From assembly GCA_040755315.1 (NCBI GenBank), contig JBFMBF010000020.1:1-20385 (forward strand): DNA of 20,385 nucleotides, in the 5' to 3' direction. The stretch comes from Candidatus Hadarchaeota archaeon. GTDB taxonomy: Archaea; Hadarchaeota; Hadarchaeia; Hadarchaeales; Hadarchaeaceae. The notes beneath the pieces were generated by a model, which saw only the letters and a list, made by a program, of their open reading frames with translations, had not been told where the DNA came from and searched no databases. Of this stretch, positions 15,592 to 20,385 are shown in pieces; within the stretch, counting starts at the first letter, position 1, and each line of letters starts with the position of its first letter. Both the position numbers and the translations under genes were made by a program.

Positions 15592-16014
15592 ATGAACGTT
15601 CGCGCGCCGAGGAAGGTTTCGTTTGCGTGTCAGAGGTGCGCTAGGTGTTGTGGGGACACTCCGCATCGAGGGCGAAGCGTGTATATGCTGGATGAAGAAG
15701 TAAAGACCATCACGCAGACTACCGGAATGGGGACCCCTGAGTTTGCCCAGCAAATATCGGGGATGAACAGCTACAAGTACAAAATGAAGAAGCGCAACGG
15801 TAAGTGTGTTTTCCTGAAGGATGGGGCCTGCAGGATTTACAGCGTGAGGCCGCTGGTCTGCCAGTTCTTTCCATTCGCCGTTAAGAAGTACAACGGGGAC
15901 TTTGTCTTCGAGATTTCTGACGACTGCCCCGGCATCGGTTTGGGAACCCACGTTGGCCCTGAGCATTTTAACAGAATGGTAGAAATAGCGGTCAAGAAGA
16001 TTCGCGATAATTAA
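15592..16014 (+). CDS. YkgJ/CxxCxxCC cysteine-cluster protein
   Basis: FACQRCARCC...CVFL...CRIYSVRPLVCQFFPF...CPGIG. Start reset to ATG 15592. Confidence 0.9.
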   Translation: MNVRAPRKVSFACQRCARCCGDTPHRGRSVYMLDEEVKTITQTTGMGTPEFAQQISGMNSYKYKMKKRNGKCVFLKDGACRIYSVRPLVCQFFPFAVKKYNGDFVFEISDDCPGIGLGTHVGPEHFNRMVEIAVKKIRDN

Positions 16015-16058
16015 TGAACTTCGAATTTGCTGTATGTAGTCAAAAGTTTCAAGAACCA

Positions 16059-16604
16059 TCAGAGGACGAAGACCGCCGCAGCCAAGACTGTCGACAACAT
16101 TCCCTCTTTTACAAGGGCTGTCTGGGTCATGTTTGTAGTCTTGACTATCTTTTTGGATATCTTCCACATCTGCTTCCTCTGGTCCCAGCTCTTGTCCGGC
16201 TCGAAAGGCAGGCCTAGCGCACTCGCGAGCATCGAAGCCGCCAAGTCCTCCGCATACTCCCCAGCCTCCTCAGCGGTCTGACCGAAAGCATGGTGCTCGC
16301 TGATGTAACCGTAAGTGTTTGTATCTGCCGGGATGGCGCAGCCTATGCTTGCGGAAATCAGGCGCCTCCGCTCGTCGCTGTCGCACCTAGCGAAAACTCC
16401 GAAAAGTATCTGCCCGGCCCTGAGGTGGCTCAGGCCTTCCTCCCTGGTTATTATTTTGCAACCGGGAGGGATTATGCTCGAAACGGACACCAAGTTGTAT
16501 TTTGCGATTCCCGCATTTTCCAGCGCATACTCAAAAGACCTCAGCTTGTCCTTGTGGTGGCCTACCCCACGCGTGAAAAACAGGTACCTCGGCACAAGAT
16601 TCAT
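16059..16604 (-). CDS. pdaD: pyruvoyl-dependent arginine decarboxylase
   Basis: FFTRGVG...SFEYAL.NAGIAKYNLVSVSSIIPP (Ser-Ser self-cleavage site) and YGYISEH. SD AGGAGG. Confidence 0.93.
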   Translation of the reverse strand: MNLVPRYLFFTRGVGHHKDKLRSFEYALENAGIAKYNLVSVSSIIPPGCKIITREEGLSHLRAGQILFGVFARCDSDERRRLISASIGCAIPADTNTYGYISEHHAFGQTAEEAGEYAEDLAASMLASALGLPFEPDKSWDQRKQMWKISKKIVKTTNMTQTALVKEGMLSTVLAAAVFVL

Positions 16605-16719
16605 CTTGTTTCCTCCTTAAATTCAACTCGGTCATAATTTTTAAACTTTTCCTATTGTTGTCTGACAGCATTTTTACGGCAAGTCTTTTTTAGGGCTCGC
16701 ATCAATCAATATTGGTGCC

Positions 16720-16992
16720 ATGGAGCCTATTCCTTACCTTGAAGAAGACGAAGAAGAAGAGGGGGAAGACTGGACGGAGAGCGTGCGGTTTGAGGTGGTT
16801 GATTTCATCCTCAGGCGCTACGGCACACTCCGAGCACAGGACATCGCCAAAATTTTGGGCTGGCGAGTCAGGGATGTTAACGGCGCGCTCCAGAACCTCG
16901 AGAAATGGGGGAAGGTGAAGCGCCTTAAGCTGGGCAAGACCATGGCCTGGACCGCATTGGAAGAGCGGGGCCAGTCCTCCATGTACTACTGA
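16720..16992 (+). CDS. small winged-helix protein with acidic N-terminus and C-terminal MYY
   Basis: LRAQDIAKILGWRVRDVNGALQNLEKWGKVKR is a wHTH pattern. Confidence 0.8.
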   Translation: MEPIPYLEEDEEEEGEDWTESVRFEVVDFILRRYGTLRAQDIAKILGWRVRDVNGALQNLEKWGKVKRLKLGKTMAWTALEERGQSSMYY

Positions 16993-17032
16993 GCGCTTTT
17001 ATTTCGGCGGGGACACCATCTAACTTGGTTGG

Positions 17033-17467
17033 ATGGTCAAAATGGTGGACATAAGCTCAAAGCCTGACGTTGCCAGGTCGGCCGTTGCCAGCGGGTTCAT
17101 CCGCCTGAAGCCGGAGACTCTCAAGAAAATTAAGGGAGGGGAGTTGCCGAAAGGGGATGTTTTGGCGGTCGCTAAAACAGCGGCGATTGTAGCGGTGAAG
17201 AAGACTCCAGAGCTCATACCTCTGACACATCCCATCCCGATAACTGGCGTTGGCGTCGAACTCAAACTGGAGGAAGGCGGCGTCAGGGCTACGGTCGAGG
17301 TGAAGAGCACCGGGAAGACTGGCGTCGAGATGGAGGCCCTCGCGGGCGTGTCGGCCGCCCTCCTGACGGTCTGGGACATGACAAAGGGGCTGGAGAAGGA
17401 TGAAAGCGGCCAGTACCCCACGACCGCCATTGATGAGATAAAAGTCCTGAAGAAGGTGAAAAAATGA
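17033..17467 (+). CDS. moaC: cyclic pyranopterin monophosphate synthase MoaC
   Basis: MVDISSK, KGDVL, LIPLTHPI, TGVEMEAL and WDMTK motifs. Confidence 0.96.
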   Translation: MVKMVDISSKPDVARSAVASGFIRLKPETLKKIKGGELPKGDVLAVAKTAAIVAVKKTPELIPLTHPIPITGVGVELKLEEGGVRATVEVKSTGKTGVEMEALAGVSAALLTVWDMTKGLEKDESGQYPTTAIDEIKVLKKVKK

Positions 17468-17979
17468 CTTACAAAAAACACCGAGCCGAGGCGCCCAAGA
17501 GCCTGGGGGTGGGTGTGATAGTCGTGAGCGACACAAGGTCGGCCGCCATGAGAGAGGGGCAGGACATCGACGTCTCTGGAAAAATAATTGAAACTGAAGC
17601 CAAGAAAATGGGCCACAAGCCGCGGCGAGTGATAATCCCCGATGAAGCCGACGAGATCAAGAGCGCTGTGAAAAAGTTCCTGAACGATAAAAAAATCAAC
17701 TCAATAATACTGACGGGCGGCACCGGGATGGCGAAGCGGGATGTCACGATCGAGACAGTGCAGCCGATGTACGATAAGGAGCTACCTGGGTTTGGGGAAG
17801 CCTTGAGGCGACTGGGTTACGAGCAGGTTGGGACTCCCGCCCTGCTGACGAGGGCTTCAGCCGGCCTGATCAAGCAGAGGCCTGTGTTTTGCCTGCCTGG
17901 AGCCCCGAACGCCGTCAAGACCGCCATGAAGCTGATACTCCCGGACCTGGCGCATGTTGCCAAACACGCGCGAGGCTGA
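17464..17979 (+). CDS. moaB: MoaB/MogA molybdopterin adenylyltransferase
   Basis: VSD, DVSG, TGGTG...RDVT, LPGFGE and FCLPGAP motifs. ATGA overlap with moaC. Confidence 0.93.
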   Translation: MTYKKHRAEAPKSLGVGVIVVSDTRSAAMREGQDIDVSGKIIETEAKKMGHKPRRVIIPDEADEIKSAVKKFLNDKKINSIILTGGTGMAKRDVTIETVQPMYDKELPGFGEALRRLGYEQVGTPALLTRASAGLIKQRPVFCLPGAPNAVKTAMKLILPDLAHVAKHARG

Positions 17980-17995
17980 CGCAGGTCGATTCTGT

Positions 17996-18023
17996 TCTGT
18001 TGATAAGATGTCTTACAAAAGCG
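17996..18023. other. dif/att-like tyrosine-recombinase site candidate
   Basis: TCTGTTGATAA-GATGTC-TTACAAAAGCG has an 11-6-11 layout with TAA-N6-TTA and sits at the core/accessory boundary. Confidence 0.4.
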
Positions 18024-18034
18024 TGGGCGGGTAG

Positions 18035-18196
18035 TTCCAGGAGACGATCAGGCGGAAGCTGGCGAGCCTGATGGAGTCGAACGGGGCGAGGCAGAAGGTC
18101 GTGACGGCGGGCGAGGTCAAGAGGCACATAGAGAATGGGTGGGAATACGTGGGGACGCTGCCTGACGGGACGGCCTTGGTCAAGCTGCCCGTTTGA
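18035..18196 (+). pseudogene. C-terminal remnant of an archaeal site-specific integrase
   Basis: FQETIRRKLASLMESNGARQKVVTAGEVKRHIENGWEYVGTLPDGTALVKLPV*. I recognise the QKVV...GWEYV.TLP.G..LVKLP tail from archaeal tyrosine integrases. In-frame TAG at 18032 and no catalytic domain. Confidence 0.65.
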
Positions 18197-18248
18197 GTTG
18201 ACCCTGACAAGACCAGGGTGCACATGAGGACTTGGCATGTTGATGACT

Positions 18249-19838
18249 CTACCGCCGCCTCAACCAGAAAACAACGACCACCAATGCTACAATGCCCGCC
18301 GTTAGCATGGCGATTTGGACTTCATCCAGCGGGAAGTTTTCGACCTGCAAGGTGATCGTCGTTTCATCTGAATACGCGCCGTTTGTGTAAAGAATTCTCG
18401 CCCTGACGGTGTTGGTGCCGTTTGGGACGCTCCGAGAGTTCCAGTCGTGGGACCAGTTGTTGACGTAGCGTGTTGTATTCATGGCATACTCCACTCCCCA
18501 TGGGTTGTATGCTGTTTCAGTCTGCAACTTCAGCGAGGCGGCGTTCACCCAGCCGCTTCCCCAGTTCAGCTGGACGGCTTGGACGGTGTCGCCGAGAGCG
18601 GTGCCGGTAAACTTGGCGGTGCCAGAGATTTTTAGATTATCAACAGGGCTCTCGATTCTAGGCGGAGGAGTACCGTAAGTGTATAAACCACCTGAAAAAC
18701 CACCTGTGACCGCTTCACCAACATAAACTTTATCATCAGCTATTACAGGAAGACTAGCTGCCATACTGCGTTGCCAAATCACTGCGCCGTTGTCTGAGGA
18801 CAACGCGAGAAGTTTTCTGCTTGCTGATGCTATAACAGTATTATCTGATACAACGGGCCCCATATGGCCCACGTAGTCGCCTTGGCTTTGATAACTCCAT
18901 ATCACAGAACCAGTCTCAAGAGATATGGAGTAAATTTCCCCATTTTCTGGAGCATAAGAGTAACTCCCGCCCCCGATAAAAAGTCTACTTCCAGCTATCG
19001 CTGGCGACGAACGTACTGGATAGTCAAGCAATGTCTTCCATATAATCTGGCCGGTATTGGCATCAAGTGCATGGACGGCCCATGTTTCGCCTTGTGATTG
19101 TCCAGAACCTATAAATACCACGCCATTGACAACCGCGGGAGTTGAATCGATGGTTCCGCCAGTCGAGTAACTCCATTTTAGATTACCATCCGCGGCATTC
19201 AAAGCGTAGAGTTTGCCATCCCATGAGCCAATGTATACTGTGTTGTCAACTACAGTAGGAGAAGCAGTATAAATCGTGTCGCCAGTTTGGAAGCTCCATA
19301 TTTCATTGCCGTTTGCCGCGTCAAGCGCGTGAACCTTGCCATCAGAGGAACCTACAAATACTTTTCCACCCACAACCACAGGAGATGAGTTAACCTCATC
19401 GTCGAGCTTTCGGCTCCACACCTCATCTCCGTTTTCGATGTTTAGAGCATAAATTATTCGCCCATTTTCTACTCCGCCACCCTCTGTTCCAAAATAAACC
19501 TTTCCCCCAACAACGGCAGGCGAAGAGGTGTGGACATCTCCATCAACTTCGTGTTTCCATATCTGCACTCCATTTTCTGCATCAAGCGCGTAGAACGCGC
19601 CTGCCCAAGAGCCGAAGTACACCATGCCATCAACCACCGCTGGCGAGTTCACAACCCCGCCCCCATCAAACTCCCAAAGCAAGTTGGGCGCCATCGGCAC
19701 TTTCGATGTCGTGTATCCTGTGTGCGCTTGGTCGTGCCGGTACATCGGCCAGTCTTCTCCAGACGCAACCCCAACCGATACAGCCAGCGCTACTGTCACC
19801 ACCAGAAAAGTTGGGAATATTTGGAATGTTGGTTTCAC
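18249..19838 (-). CDS. secreted PQQ/BamB-type beta-propeller protein with Ig-like domain and C-terminal membrane anchor
   Basis: Signal-peptide-like N-terminus, DWPMYRHD, and repeated SSPAV..G.VY.GS..G..YAL.A..G...W blades. Ig-like segment, then TM helix + RRR. GTG 19838 follows GGAAGTGA. Confidence 0.9.
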   Translation of the reverse strand: MKPTFQIFPTFLVVTVALAVSVGVASGEDWPMYRHDQAHTGYTTSKVPMAPNLLWEFDGGGVVNSPAVVDGMVYFGSWAGAFYALDAENGVQIWKHEVDGDVHTSSPAVVGGKVYFGTEGGGVENGRIIYALNIENGDEVWSRKLDDEVNSSPVVVGGKVFVGSSDGKVHALDAANGNEIWSFQTGDTIYTASPTVVDNTVYIGSWDGKLYALNAADGNLKWSYSTGGTIDSTPAVVNGVVFIGSGQSQGETWAVHALDANTGQIIWKTLLDYPVRSSPAIAGSRLFIGGGSYSYAPENGEIYSISLETGSVIWSYQSQGDYVGHMGPVVSDNTVIASASRKLLALSSDNGAVIWQRSMAASLPVIADDKVYVGEAVTGGFSGGLYTYGTPPPRIESPVDNLKISGTAKFTGTALGDTVQAVQLNWGSGWVNAASLKLQTETAYNPWGVEYAMNTTRYVNNWSHDWNSRSVPNGTNTVRARILYTNGAYSDETTITLQVENFPLDEVQIAMLTAGIVALVVVVFWLRRR

Positions 19839-19879
19839 TATCTCACTTCCAAAAACTTTAAGCATGCCAAAACATAAAG

Positions 19880-20258
19880 CTACCAGCCATAATGCCGTTT
19901 TAGCCATAAAATAACGACTACAACGACGATGAGAGCAAGGCCGGAAACCATGACCCAGTTGGGCGTTCCGGGTTCGGGCGCTGGTTTCGGTGTAGGGCCG
20001 TAGGCGTAGAGCCAGCCGTTTTCTGATCCCACATAAATCTTGCCGTAAGCGACGGCGGGGGACGAGCCGATGCTGAAATAGGTATAGAACTTTTGGATTA
20101 ATCCTCCGCTTTCGGCATTTAAAACGTAAAGATAGCCATCATTAGATCCAATGAAAACTTTCCTATCCGCCACCGCTGGAGAGGAATCCACATCGCCGCC
20201 AGTTTCATAGCTCCATACCACAGAACCATTTTCGGCGTTTAAAGCGTATACTTTTTTG
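19880..20258 (-). pseudogene. 3' fragment of a second PQQ/BamB-type propeller gene, interrupted by IS66
   Basis: Frame stays open beyond the ORF-track start (KKVYALNAENGSVVWSY) up to the IS end at 20259. Ends in a Pro-rich linker, TM helix and WLKRH. Confidence 0.85.
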
Positions 20259-20385
20259 GTACGTATTTAGCTTTTTGACCACGCCGTGACGAGCGCCTCT
20301 GATAGTGCTTGAGCTGGATCCAATCCGCGCAGCTCCCATGTCGCCAGCATCGTCATCATTGTCTCGTGGATGCTTGTGCCCTTCT
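20259..20385 (-). mobile_element. IS66-family (ISBst12-like) element, terminal part
   Basis: Terminal GTACGTATTTAGC overlaps the transposase stop codon, and sequence character changes abruptly at 20258/20259. Confidence 0.78.
20267..20385 (-). CDS. IS66-family transposase, C-terminus (partial)
   Basis: Manual translation KGTSIHETMMTMLATWELRGLDPAQALSEALVTAWSKS* fits the G...ET.M...ATW..RGL.P tail of IS66 transposases. Confidence 0.75.
   Translation of the reverse strand, partial: KGTSIHETMMTMLATWELRGLDPAQALSEALVTAWSKS

Noticed and set aside
17587..17594. ATTGAAAC as a CRISPR repeat end
   Set aside because: It lies inside the moaB coding sequence. No repeat-spacer periodicity was seen anywhere in the window.
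18008..18196. Amber read-through ORF MSYKSVGG*FQET...
   Set aside because: The ATG lies inside the dif-like site and the first 8 codons show no integrase resemblance. A truncation junction is simpler.
18670..19750. Propeller blade repeats as a DGR template/variable pair or DNA repeat array
   Set aside because: The repeats are diverged protein-level blades. I saw no near-identical pair differing only at adenines and no reverse transcriptase.
19839..19907. Longer start (MAKTALW...) for the propeller gene
   Set aside because: It overlaps the upstream gene's end. GTG 19838 has an SD and gives a normal-length signal peptide.

Overview
Archaeal chromosomal segment, mostly GC-rich, with TATA/BRE promoters, GGAGGTG/GGTGAT Shine-Dalgarno (SD) sites and some apparently leaderless genes. 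An uncultured euryarchaeote-like lineage such as Hadarchaeota is my inference only. The core block (2955-17979) holds a PHP hydrolase, DUF3795, metG, mtaD/dadD-ahcY, an orphan 94-aa gene, aRF1, pyrH, DUF2116, valS, a UPRTase-like protein, a stand-alone Lrp ligand-binding domain, a YkgJ-type protein, pdaD, a wHTH protein, moaC and moaB. The left accessory patch, just upstream of rps13 (~587-2955), has a possible tRNA-Ser 3' relic, an RHH-antitoxin/RelE pair, a frameshifted IS5 (IS903-group) element with a DUF2080 passenger, and a Zn-finger + RHH micro-operon ending at a perfect 12-bp hairpin. The right patch (from ~17996) has a dif-like site, an integrase C-terminal remnant, two membrane-anchored PQQ/BamB-type beta-propeller genes, and an IS66 end interrupting one of them. 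Best leads: an apparently chimeric MetRS with a vestigial coupled uORF; a shared TACAATGTA operator core at the TA and IS promoters; a wHTH protein ending in an HbYX motif; and a possibly bistable structured RNA after ahcY. No CRISPR array, rRNA or complete tRNA was seen. All family calls come from motif recognition by eye, not from database searches.
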